Positions 26,670 to 34,471 are shown, counted from the first letter of the stretch. The stretch: DNA of 35,302 nucleotides from an uncultured Candidatus Saccharibacteria bacterium (GCA_964402035.1 CAYOAM010000003.1:228657-263958), one strand, 5' to 3'. Notes: generated by a model not told the origin, from the letters alone. Numbers and translations are program-made.

Positions 26670-26939
26670 ATGCCAATTATCAAATCAGCAAAGAAAGCGC
26701 TCCGCTCTTCTCTCCAGAAGCGCGTGTACAATGTGCGTGTACAGTCAAATATGCGTGATATTCTCAAGAATATTGCAAAGCATATTGAGTCCGGGAAACT
26801 CGACGAAGCACAAAAACTATTGAGTGATGCCTACCAAGTGATCGACAAGGCGGCAAAACGCGGAGTTATTAAGAAAAATACCGCTTCACGAAAGAAATCA
26901 CGTCTTGCAATTGCGATTGCAAAAGTAGCTAAGAAATAA
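26670..26939 (+). CDS. rpsT: 30S ribosomal protein S20
   Basis: MPIIKSAKKALR...IDKAAKRGVIKKNTASRKKSRL. Confidence 0.97.
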   Translation: MPIIKSAKKALRSSLQKRVYNVRVQSNMRDILKNIAKHIESGKLDEAQKLLSDAYQVIDKAAKRGVIKKNTASRKKSRLAIAIAKVAKK

Positions 26940-26940
26940 C

Positions 26941-26972
26941 AAAAAGACCACCCAATGAGGGTGGTCTTTTTG
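26941..26972 (+). terminator. rpsT intrinsic terminator (bidirectional)
   Basis: AAAAAGACCACCC-AATGA-GGGTGGTCTTTTTT. Confidence 0.85.
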
Positions 26973-27146
26973 TTATACTTGATATATTTCCTCCGCGGTC
27001 CGTTGGGGTCAGATTCGTAATTCGTTTTATCTTTCAGTAAATTTTGTATAGCTTTTGTGGTCACGAATCACTAAGTAACATGCTACGCATGTGTACTAAG
27101 TGTTCTCGACCCCACCTCGCGGTCGCTAAAGCGACATCGCTGCGGT

Positions 27147-27376
27147 CAGCACAAAAGCAGAAAACCTGCCGCAGGGCAGGTGTCTCTGTCTTTTGTGCTC
27201 CCGGCAGGAAGTTCGGTTCTTACAGAACCAGTACCCTGATTGGATTTTCTGTTCGCGCTACGCACTCCATAAAATGCTCAATCAGGCTTCGATTCCTTAA
27301 AAACAATACCCCGTATTGTTTTTTGTTCGCACTGATATGAAAAAACTGCCAAAAGGCAGTTTTTTCATATCAGTGC
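27147..27376 (-). repeat. tRNA-3'-associated structured element (type A) downstream of tRNA-Arg(GCG)
   Basis: Minus strand: 22-bp-arm hairpin, AGGAATCGAA anti T-arm, CCTGATTG/CAATCAGG stem, GTACT, GGTTC-TGTAA-GAACC, 16-bp tRNA 3' end copy (27195-27210 = 27373-27388), second hairpin. Confidence 0.82.
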
Positions 27377-27445
27377 TCCCGGCAGGAATCGAACCTACAT
27401 TACAGGCTCCGCAAGCTTGCGTCCTATCCGTTGAACGACGGGAGC
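27374..27445 (-). tRNA. tRNA-Arg(GCG)
   Basis: Reverse complement GCTCCCG-TCGTTCAACGGATAGGAC-GCAAGC-TTGCGGA-GCCTG-TAATGTAGGTTCGATTCCTGC-CGGGAGC-A; anticodon GCG. Confidence 0.92.
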
Positions 27446-27481
27446 AGATATCGCTTTTGAGCGATAAAAAGAAGCATACCG

Positions 27482-27985
27482 TTAAAATCCTAAAAGTTCC
27501 AGTAGGCGGTGCCCGATTGATTCTTCAAGGTGTTCTTCTGGCAGCCGCTCCTCAAGGAAATATTCGATATCCTCAACAGCATCTTCAGGCACCGGGATGA
27601 TCATTAGGGGCGCCAAAAGGTGCTTTGATTGTAGAAATAGTTGTGCAGTTTGTGGATGTTCTTCGTCCAGATAGAAGCATTTGAGTGTACTGTATGGGTG
27701 TAGATCGTTTCCGATGCGTACGCCGCGCAGCGAGACACTGTAGGTGATCATGCGGGGTTTTTTTGAAGAGAGTAGGGCAGTCACGGTACCTGCGAGCAAG
27801 ATCACAATACCAAAGAGCACGTTGCCGTAGACGATCATCGCGACTGAGCTCGCGATCGTGATAATGCCAAGTGCCCAAAACCAGTCACTGCCTTTTTCGG
27901 TGTGATGATGTTCAGGTGCGTCCCATGATATTTCACGGAGTCGGCCTGTTGGCTGTTCAATATCCTCTACATAGTCTGCTTCCAT
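27482..27985 (-). CDS. conserved hypothetical 2-TM protein with C-terminal PH-like domain
   Basis: ISWDAPEH..EK.SDWFW, two TM helices, then YSVS.RGVRIG..LHPY..L.CF; pattern recalled from CPR genomes. Confidence 0.75.
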   Translation of the reverse strand: MEADYVEDIEQPTGRLREISWDAPEHHHTEKGSDWFWALGIITIASSVAMIVYGNVLFGIVILLAGTVTALLSSKKPRMITYSVSLRGVRIGNDLHPYSTLKCFYLDEEHPQTAQLFLQSKHLLAPLMIIPVPEDAVEDIEYFLEERLPEEHLEESIGHRLLELLGF

Positions 27986-28042
27986 AGGTTTATTTTAGCA
28001 CAGCGCCAGGGGGTGCGCGCATCATAAGGGGTATTAAATTGT

Positions 28043-28207
28043 TGCGGAGAGCGTGAGATTCGAAACGTATCGTTTCAGTACCCGTTCAGGATATTTTTGT
28101 GCTCCGCCAGCTGGCGGAGCACTCCTCCAAAACTATCTCTGAATGGCTTCGAATCTCGTCCTCCTGTTACAAAAAACACCCACAAGGGGTGTTTCTAAAA
28201 ACAGGTG
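28043..28207 (-). repeat. tRNA-3'-associated structured element (type A) downstream of tRNA-Ser
   Basis: Minus strand: hairpin, GAGATTCGAA anti T-arm, CCATTCAG/CTGAACGG stem, GTACT, GAAAC-GATAC-GTTTC, degenerate tRNA 3' end copy (28043-28064). Confidence 0.78.
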
Positions 28208-28294
28208 CGGAGGGAGAGAGATTCGAACTCTCGACCCAGTTTCCCAGGTGACAGTTTTCAAGACTGTTGCTTTAGACCACTCAGCCATCCCTCC
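28208..28294 (-). tRNA. tRNA-Ser(UGA)
   Basis: GGAGGGA acceptor, ACAGT-CTTGAAA-ACTGT anticodon arm, long variable arm, GTTCGAATC T-loop, G discriminator. Confidence 0.96.
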
Positions 28295-28384
28295 AAGGCT
28301 ATATATTGCGTGAGTACCACAGGATAGTAGCAAAAAACCTTGGTAATATCCATGGTTATCAATCATTGTGGTATGCTTTTCTGC

Positions 28385-28774
28385 ATGCGGTATATGGGTA
28401 TTGATTATGGCAGCAAGCGGGTGGGGGTGGCACTGTCTGATGAATCGGGGAGTATGGGTTTTCCGCATGCGGTGTTTCCAAATGACTCGGCGCTCAAGGC
28501 ACGGGTTGTAGCGCTTGTTGCTACCGAGCATGTTGGAGCGCTGGTTGTTGGGGACTCTTATGGACTTCACGGCAATAAAAATCCCATAGCGACGCAGGCT
28601 GATGTTTTTGTAAAATCTCTTGCTACAGAGCTAGCGATACCGATACACTATGAGTCGGAAATGTTTTCAACACAGGAAGCGGTCCGTGAGCAGGGGAGAA
28701 ATGAACTTACCGACGCATCCGCAGCCGCTATCATCCTCAATAGTTATCTTACACGTTTAAAAAACACCACATGA
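28385..28774 (+). CDS. ruvX: Holliday junction resolvase-like / pre-16S rRNA nuclease RuvX (YqgF)
   Basis: MGIDYGSKRVGVALSD, ESEMFST.EA, DASAAAIILNSYL. Confidence 0.92.
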   Translation: MRYMGIDYGSKRVGVALSDESGSMGFPHAVFPNDSALKARVVALVATEHVGALVVGDSYGLHGNKNPIATQADVFVKSLATELAIPIHYESEMFSTQEAVREQGRNELTDASAAAIILNSYLTRLKNTT

Positions 28775-29100
28775 TTACCTACGATGATTTTGCAAAGCTG
28801 CAGATTGTACTTGGAAAGGTACTTTCCGTTGAGCCGGTGCCGGAGGCAGACAAACTCTTGCGCCTCATGGTAGATGTCGGCGAGGAAAGCCCAAGACAGA
28901 TTGTCTCGGGTATTCGTACGTACTTTGAAGATCCGCAGGTACTGGTCGGGAAAACTTTTCCCTTTCTTATAAATTTGGAATACCGGACGATTCGTGGTGT
29001 TGAAAGTCAGGGGATGATACTCGCGGCAAGTACTGCTGAAGGAAATTTTTCGTTACTCGCGCCCGAAACTCCTCTCGCGCCTGGTTCGCGTGTAAAATAA
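28771..29100 (+). CDS. stand-alone tRNA-binding OB-fold protein (Trbp111/MetRS C-terminal-like)
   Basis: ITYDDFAKL, ADKLLRL.VDVG, RQIVSGI, NLEYRTIRGVESQGMILAA, PGSRVK. Confidence 0.9.
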   Translation: MITYDDFAKLQIVLGKVLSVEPVPEADKLLRLMVDVGEESPRQIVSGIRTYFEDPQVLVGKTFPFLINLEYRTIRGVESQGMILAASTAEGNFSLLAPETPLAPGSRVK

Positions 29101-29111
29101 ATGTTCGATAG

Positions 29112-29160
29112 GTGACGGCACAAAAATCCAGAACACTGTTCTGGATTTTTGTGCCGTCAC
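29112..29160. terminator. perfect palindrome with 24-bp arms (terminator or cruciform)
   Basis: GTGACGGCACAAAAATCCAGAACA-C-TGTTCTGGATTTTTGTGCCGTCAC. Confidence 0.6.
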
Positions 29161-29227
29161 TCCGGGCGCACAGTCACACTGTGTGTATGTCGCGTATTTT
29201 TGAGTAGATGCATCGTATAATACGAGT

Positions 29228-30325
29228 ATGCGTGTGTCTTCATTGTTCTCGCGGATGTTTCCGCCGCCGCGTTTTATGACGCTCCCCTCTGCGGGCGTTG
29301 ATATTTCTGATGCGTCTCTCAAGTACGTGCAGTTTAAACATGGTGGTCGCAGACTTGAATTGGTGACGTGGGGCGATATTCCTATTCCGGAAAAGACGGT
29401 CAAGCGAGGTGATTTGCAGAACAAAGACAATTTAGTTGCCGTGCTCAAAGAATTTAAGCAAAAGACCCGTGTCGAGTATGTCCGCGTTTCACTCCCTGAA
29501 GAGCGCGCGTATTTGTTTGAAACAACGGTGGAAAAAGTCTCGTCGCCTCGTGAGATCAGAAACGTCCTTGAATTTAGACTCGAAGAAAACGTGCCCCTTT
29601 CTCCACGTGATGCCTACTTTGACTATGCAGTGGTCGGAAAAAATCCCACAACGCATGCACTCACAGTTGGTGTTGCAGTCTACGCTCGCGATACGATCAA
29701 CGGCTACTATGAAGCGTGTCGTAGTGCGGGACTCATACCGCTTTCCTTTGAAGTAGAGGCGCAAGCTATTGCCCGCGCGGCAGTACGATCGGGCGAGCGT
29801 GGTGCCTTTATGATTGTTGACTTTGGTCAGTCACGCACCGGTGTTGGTATTGTGTACCATGGCACCTTGATGTTTACCTCAACCATCGATATTGGCGGAG
29901 CGCAACTAAGTGATGCAATGCGGCGTCATATTGGGGCGATTGAAGAGTCGGAGATAACCCGTATCAAAAATACCCAAGGATTATTGCGCTCAGAAGAGGC
30001 GGGTGGAGAAGTCTATACTGCGCTCCTCTCCTCAATTGCGACGCTCAAAGATGAACTCAGTATGCGCATCAACTATTGGAATGTGCATGGAGAGGGTGTA
30101 ACCGATCGTGGTATTGAAAAAATTATTCTCTGTGGAGGTAGTGTAAATCTAGCGGGGCTCCCGGAGTATTTTACCGAGGAACTTGAAATACCGACTGAGC
30201 GTGCACAAGTTTGGCAAAACGCTTTTTCTTTTCAGGATGTGGTGCCGCCAATTACACGAAGATACTCCTATGGGTATGCAACCGCAATTGGGCTTGCGCT
30301 CACTGATTTTGTACCAGAACTATGA
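29228..30325 (+). CDS. pilM: type IV pilus assembly protein PilM
   Basis: GVDISDASLKYV, actin-like IVDFGQSRT, IGGAQL, IILCGGSVNLAGL, YATAIGLAL. Confidence 0.9.
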   Translation: MRVSSLFSRMFPPPRFMTLPSAGVDISDASLKYVQFKHGGRRLELVTWGDIPIPEKTVKRGDLQNKDNLVAVLKEFKQKTRVEYVRVSLPEERAYLFETTVEKVSSPREIRNVLEFRLEENVPLSPRDAYFDYAVVGKNPTTHALTVGVAVYARDTINGYYEACRSAGLIPLSFEVEAQAIARAAVRSGERGAFMIVDFGQSRTGVGIVYHGTLMFTSTIDIGGAQLSDAMRRHIGAIEESEITRIKNTQGLLRSEEAGGEVYTALLSSIATLKDELSMRINYWNVHGEGVTDRGIEKIILCGGSVNLAGLPEYFTEELEIPTERAQVWQNAFSFQDVVPPITRRYSYGYATAIGLALTDFVPEL

Positions 30326-30858
30326 TAAATCTCATTCCGAGCGAAGCGCAGTCACTGGTCCGTCGTGAGTATCTCATGCGCGTCTATACGGTATGGGCAC
30401 TGTTGTTTGCGGGCGCGATACTTGTCGGAGCAACATTGCTCATTCCAACGTTTGTATTATTTTCAAAGCAAGTGTTGATTGATGAAGATATAAAAATCGA
30501 AAATGCGACGACTGATGCAGATTATACAAAGACCGTAGAGGAGTTGAAGCGAGCAACCATGCTTGCGGATCGCCTATCGACTGTGGGGTCTACGGTATTG
30601 GCGTCGGATATTGTGGCGCATGTTGAGGGAGCGCGATCCGAACATGTGTCACTTGAGAATTTGTCGATCACGTATGAAAAGAAGGTGTCACGTATTGAGG
30701 TGCGAGGTATTGCTGAGACACGTGAGGCACTCTCGCTATTTTTGGAAACCATAAAGCGGGATGCATTTTTCCTCGATGCGCAAGTCCCAGTGTCTGATCT
30801 AGCGAGGGATACAAAATTGCCGTTTACCGCAACACTCACGTTACGTATGACACCATAA
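30322..30858 (+). CDS. pilN: PilN-like pilus assembly protein
   Basis: MINLIP (INLLP motif), TM helix, IEVRGIAETREAL..F ferredoxin-like domain; overlaps the pilM stop. Confidence 0.8.
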   Translation: MINLIPSEAQSLVRREYLMRVYTVWALLFAGAILVGATLLIPTFVLFSKQVLIDEDIKIENATTDADYTKTVEELKRATMLADRLSTVGSTVLASDIVAHVEGARSEHVSLENLSITYEKKVSRIEVRGIAETREALSLFLETIKRDAFFLDAQVPVSDLARDTKLPFTATLTLRMTP

Positions 30859-30863
30859 GAGCT

Positions 30864-31397
30864 ATGTCACCAAAAACACTACAATCAGTAATCTTTGCTA
30901 CCATTGTGCTATTGAGCGCGTGTACATTGTATGGAGGTCTTTGGTATGTGACGCACTTACGTGAAGTGGGGATGCGCGAACGCGCACAGTCACAAGCTGT
31001 TGCGCATGCACGAAATCTGGAGCTTACCGCGCTTGCAAAAGTGCGTGCGGATACCGAAACATCACGAGCAAAACTCAATGATTACTTGTTGACCGACAAT
31101 GGTGTCACCGTTTTTTTGGGACAGATGGAAAAAGCAGCGCGTGCACGTGGACTTACGATTGCAACCCAATCGGTGAATGTTGAACCGATAGACGGAACGA
31201 CAGCATTTGCATCATTCGTATTTACCTTTGAAGTGGGTGGTACCTTTGCTTCGGTCACACAGTTTTTGGCGCTTCTTGAGACGATGCCGTATCAGTCTAC
31301 GATTACAAGCACTATGTTGTCGCGAGAGTCTCGGAGCGATAGTGATTCGTGGAAAGGGGTATTCACCGTGAAGGTCACTAAAGAAAAGAAACTATGA
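30864..31397 (+). CDS. pilO: PilO-like pilus assembly protein
   Basis: TM plus coiled coil; GTFASVTQFLALLETMPY; follows pilN. Confidence 0.75.
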   Translation: MSPKTLQSVIFATIVLLSACTLYGGLWYVTHLREVGMRERAQSQAVAHARNLELTALAKVRADTETSRAKLNDYLLTDNGVTVFLGQMEKAARARGLTIATQSVNVEPIDGTTAFASFVFTFEVGGTFASVTQFLALLETMPYQSTITSTMLSRESRSDSDSWKGVFTVKVTKEKKL

Positions 31398-31798
31398 ATA
31401 TAGATCTTCATTATAATCTGGCGCGACTGCGACGATCAAAAAAAACAGATCACCGCTTTGAATTGGTGCGTCCGTTTCGAGAGTGGTTTACCGGATTTAT
31501 TTTGGCGATACTCATCTTTGGTATCGGTGGGGTGTACGCTGGTTGGTGGTTTTCGGTTAATCGACAGGTGGGTGATAGGGTAGTAGAGGTGCCTCCAGAA
31601 AAAAGCTATACCTATGACCATAGTCGTGTGGAAAAGGTGCTGGATCTCTATCGTGCGCGCGAGGATGCATTTTCTGCACTACAAAATTTGCCTACTCCCG
31701 TACCAGCAGTAGTTGAAAAGCCGGTTACAGAAAAGGAAGACGAAGAGGTGGTGCCGAAAGCTCCCATTGTAGAGAGTACTCCGAGCCTTGTTGAGTGA
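31394..31798 (+). CDS. single-TM protein at the end of the pil operon
   Basis: Overlaps the pilO stop; one TM helix, Pro/Glu-rich tail. Confidence 0.7.
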   Translation: MNIDLHYNLARLRRSKKTDHRFELVRPFREWFTGFILAILIFGIGGVYAGWWFSVNRQVGDRVVEVPPEKSYTYDHSRVEKVLDLYRAREDAFSALQNLPTPVPAVVEKPVTEKEDEEVVPKAPIVESTPSLVE

Positions 31799-31801
31799 AG
31801 G

Positions 31802-31844
31802 TCAGCCTAGCACTTACTTTTCTTGAAAGTAAGTGCTAGGCTGA
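31802..31844. terminator. long hairpin ending the pil operon
   Basis: TCAGCCTAGCACTTACTTT-TCTTG-AAAGTAAGTGCTAGGCTGA, 19-bp perfect arms. Confidence 0.65.
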
Positions 31845-31854
31845 GTCGGTAAAA

Positions 31855-31879
31855 CCCCCTGTAGTTCAATGGATAGAAC
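31855..31879 (+). pseudogene. tRNA 5' fragment (Arg-like acceptor strand plus D-arm)
   Basis: CCCCCTG-TAGTTCAATGGATAGAAC, parallel to GCCTCGA-TAGTTAAATGGATATAAC of the adjacent tRNA; no 3' half. Confidence 0.6.
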
Positions 31880-31909
31880 CATAAGGAGTTGGGTGGTGGG
31901 AAATAACAT

Positions 31910-31981
31910 GCCTCGATAGTTAAATGGATATAACTGCGGACTTCTAAGCCGTTATTCCAGGTTCGATTCCTGGTCGAGGCA
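31910..31981 (+). tRNA. tRNA-Arg(UCU)
   Basis: GCCTCGA/TCGAGGC acceptor, anticodon loop CTTCTAA, CCAGG-TTCGATT-CCTGG T-arm. Confidence 0.93.
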
Positions 31982-32198
31982 CTGGTACAAAAGATCCGAC
32001 CTCGTGTCGGGTTTTTGTATGAGACCAAGGAATCGAAAAGGTTGCCAGATATTTTAGAAGCGAAGCGTACTAAAATATCGACAACCTGTACTGAATGTGT
32101 AACATTCGATTCCTGGTCGAGGCACTGGTACAAAAGATCCGACCTCGTGTCGGGTTTTTGTATGAGACCAAGGAATCGAAAAGGTTGCCAGATATTTT
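31962..32198 (+). repeat. type A tRNA-associated element with 94-bp exact direct repeat (period 143 bp)
   Basis: 31962-32055 = 32105-32198; the unit includes AGGAATCGAA, AGGTTG/CAACCT stem, GTACT and GAATG-TGTAA-CATTC. Confidence 0.9.
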
Positions 32199-32268
32199 GT
32201 GAGTCGTTGTAACTATGACTCATAATAAAAAACGCACTGCCTAAGCAGCGCGTTACTTCCCCTGTCCC

Positions 32269-32886
32269 TCAAGTACTAATTCCGCAAGACCGGATTATAC
32301 TCAGCTGCTCCGTAAGATCTCTTAGCAGTTCCTCTCGCCTTTGTCTTAGAAGTTGGCGTGGTACTAGTATGCTTGCTAATGCAGACACTAGCATCAACAA
32401 CCAAGTGCATCCGACAAGAATTTTTATTGGCCACGACGAGGTCACGAAACTAGAGGTTAAAGGTAGGAGGTATATTCCTACTACCGGGCCGACTGCAAAG
32501 GCACCGGAGAGCAGCACGATCGGTACATCTAGTGCTGACCACCAATGTCTGAGCTTGGAAGCAATTCTTATTTGCTCAGATGCTGCCCATCCTCGCACCA
32601 TGGGAGTAGCAACTGTTTTCGTATAGCAGGTATCTTCAGGTCCCCAAGCTCCAACGAGAAACGTTTTCCCGTTTGTTTTTTGGAGTAATACTGCCGAGAC
32701 TAGCGCACTCTTGTGGTGATGTGAACACACGGTGAATGTGCCACCTGCCTGCTCCTTTGCTTCTGTCCACAGCTTTAACATCTGGGACGGCATTTCACAA
32801 AGTGCTGCATACCCTGAGTCATTGTCGTGCCATCCATGATAGCGGTTGATGACCTCGAGCTCATCGCCACTGATTTCTCTCACCAT
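32269..32886 (-). CDS. hypothetical protein with two C-terminal TM helices
   Basis: 205-aa ORF with a soluble N-domain, 2 TM segments and a basic tail. Confidence 0.6.
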   Translation of the reverse strand: MVREISGDELEVINRYHGWHDNDSGYAALCEMPSQMLKLWTEAKEQAGGTFTVCSHHHKSALVSAVLLQKTNGKTFLVGAWGPEDTCYTKTVATPMVRGWAASEQIRIASKLRHWWSALDVPIVLLSGAFAVGPVVGIYLLPLTSSFVTSSWPIKILVGCTWLLMLVSALASILVPRQLLRQRREELLRDLTEQLSIIRSCGIST

Positions 32887-33032
32887 CTTTTCTGCCCCAT
32901 ATCTCTATCTAAGCATGATGCTTAGAATATTGTCTGTGAGCAGTAAACCAAACAATCTTCCTCTTGGCAATCTGTGCCACATTGTTTAGTTTTCTATAAA
33001 AAGTGTATGCTATCGGTAGATCGGAGGTTGCC

Positions 33033-33485
33033 ATGATGCTGTCAGCACATGACTTCTTACAATGGTTGCGCCCTCGTAGGATTGGCTACGAAGACATAGT
33101 CTCGTATGTCAAAAGGATGGATGCGTCTCGGAGTATTGGCTTTTTCTCGAAAGATCACCACCTTGCGAAGGTTATCGAGTATTGTCTTCGAGTCGGATGG
33201 TATCCGATTATAGATAAACCCCTACAAGTGGTCATCGCAATACCAGGTAGGCATCACACCATTCGTGCTGCATTACTTAGGTATCACCACAACAGCCCTT
33301 GTATTGGCGAGACATACTTTGCTCAGGCCGACAGGTATACCTTTGAAGGGTGGGGGTATCATTTTTCTTCGCGGGGTCGAGCTCTCGTTGTTGGCCTTTC
33401 CTATCGAGAGATTGGTGCCGATGAGGAATTGTTCCGTTGGCATAAGACAAAACTCTTGCTTCTTGCGGAGCCATCGCAGCGTTAA
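33033..33485 (+). CDS. hypothetical protein (tandem paralog 1)
   Basis: GGAGG SD before MMLSAH; alignable with the next ORF. Confidence 0.75.
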   Translation: MMLSAHDFLQWLRPRRIGYEDIVSYVKRMDASRSIGFFSKDHHLAKVIEYCLRVGWYPIIDKPLQVVIAIPGRHHTIRAALLRYHHNSPCIGETYFAQADRYTFEGWGYHFSSRGRALVVGLSYREIGADEELFRWHKTKLLLLAEPSQR

Positions 33486-33655
33486 AGTACTTTGTTTCGG
33501 CAGATCACTTTTCTTTGCACGAATTCAAATTTCAGCTAATGTCCTGCACTGCTACGCAGGACATTTTTCTAGCTGCAGTTTATAACAATGTTGAATTACC
33601 GCAAGATCAAGCGTATAGTTTTAGGTGGTTTGTAGTACCGACCTATGGGGGAGAT

Positions 33656-34105
33656 ATGAGCGCTTCCGAGTTAGTGGCTGTACTGGATGATAAGAATGTT
33701 GCCTACGCTGGTTTGGTTGCGGCCATTCGTAGCTTCATCAGCACAAATTCTATTGTGCACGTTGTTAAAGACGAGCACATATGCCGGCGTGCTGAGACGC
33801 TTCTGAATGATGGATTCCATCCGATTTTTGATCGTCTTGGGATTATTGGACTCAAGGGATCCCGCGCATCCTTAAGAGAATTTAGAGGTTTGCTCTACTG
33901 GTACCATGCCGTGGCGGCTGGGTGTACGCCAGCTGAGAAAGATGATAGACCTGATTCCTACACATGCACAAGCAAGGGCTACCATTTTTCAATTACTAGT
34001 GGGCAATGCTTGCTTGTCGTGGGTGCACGATATGTACCAAATGAGTACGACAGGTTGCTGTTTGCGAAATATCGTCCCTCGATATTTTCGCGTCTAAAAG
34101 AATAG
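33656..34105 (+). CDS. hypothetical protein (tandem paralog 2)
   Basis: GGGGGAG before MSASEL; shares KDxH, GxxPIxD, DxYTxxxxGYHFS and LVVGxxY with the previous ORF. Confidence 0.75.
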   Translation: MSASELVAVLDDKNVAYAGLVAAIRSFISTNSIVHVVKDEHICRRAETLLNDGFHPIFDRLGIIGLKGSRASLREFRGLLYWYHAVAAGCTPAEKDDRPDSYTCTSKGYHFSITSGQCLLVVGARYVPNEYDRLLFAKYRPSIFSRLKE

Positions 34106-34142
34106 CGCACTCACCGTTTTACGCTACGGTGGGTGCTTTTTA
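34106..34142 (+). terminator. intrinsic terminator
   Basis: GCACTCACCGT-loop-ACGGTGGGTGC followed by a T run. Confidence 0.7.
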
Positions 34143-34156
34143 TAAATGCAGGTATT

Positions 34157-34184
34157 TTGCATGAAATCAAATTTCAGCTATACT
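34157..34184 (+). promoter_or_regulatory. sigma70-type promoter of tRNA-Val
   Basis: TTGCAT-16 nt-TATACT, 16 nt before the tRNA. Confidence 0.6.
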
Positions 34185-34200
34185 GCAGAGCGTGGATTGA

Positions 34201-34273
34201 GGGCGATTAGCTCAGTTGGTAGAGCGGCTCATTTACACTGAGAAGGTCGGGGGTTCAAGTCCCTCATCGCCCA
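34201..34273 (+). tRNA. tRNA-Val(UAC)
   Basis: GGGCGAT/ATCGCCC acceptor, TAGCTCAGTTGGTAGAGC, anticodon loop TTTACAC, GGTTCAAGTCC. Confidence 0.96.
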
Positions 34274-34317
34274 CAGATACACAATCCGGCTTCATGCCGG
34301 TTTTTGTGTATCTGTAA

Positions 34318-34468
34318 GATGAGTGAGACTTGAAGGGGTTGCCAGATATTTTATAACTGAAAGGAAATAAAATATCGACAACCCGTACCGAACATGTAAT
34401 GTTCAAGTCCCTCATCGCCCACAAAAGACATAAACACCTGCCCTTCGGCAGGTTTTATGCTTTTGTGG
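34318..34468 (+). repeat. type A tRNA-associated element downstream of tRNA-Val
   Basis: GATGAG..GACTTGAA anti T-arm, GGGTTG/CAACCC stem, GTACC, GAACA-TGTAA-TGTTC, 23-bp tRNA 3' end copy (34401-34423 = 34253-34275), hairpin. Confidence 0.85.
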
Positions 34469-34471
34469 GAA

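Noticed and set aside
26831-28570. ORFs 26831..27064, 27044..27340, 27316..27600, 28133..28570
   Set aside because: They overlap rpsT, tRNAs, hairpin elements or ruvX antisense; no protein-like motifs.
31962-32198. CRISPR array
   Set aside because: Only two long units derived from a tRNA end, no unique spacers of regular size, no cas genes.
1014-34468. Prophage/genomic island bounded by tRNA att sites
   Set aside because: The duplicated 3' ends lie only ~140-180 bp from each tRNA; no integrase or phage genes seen.
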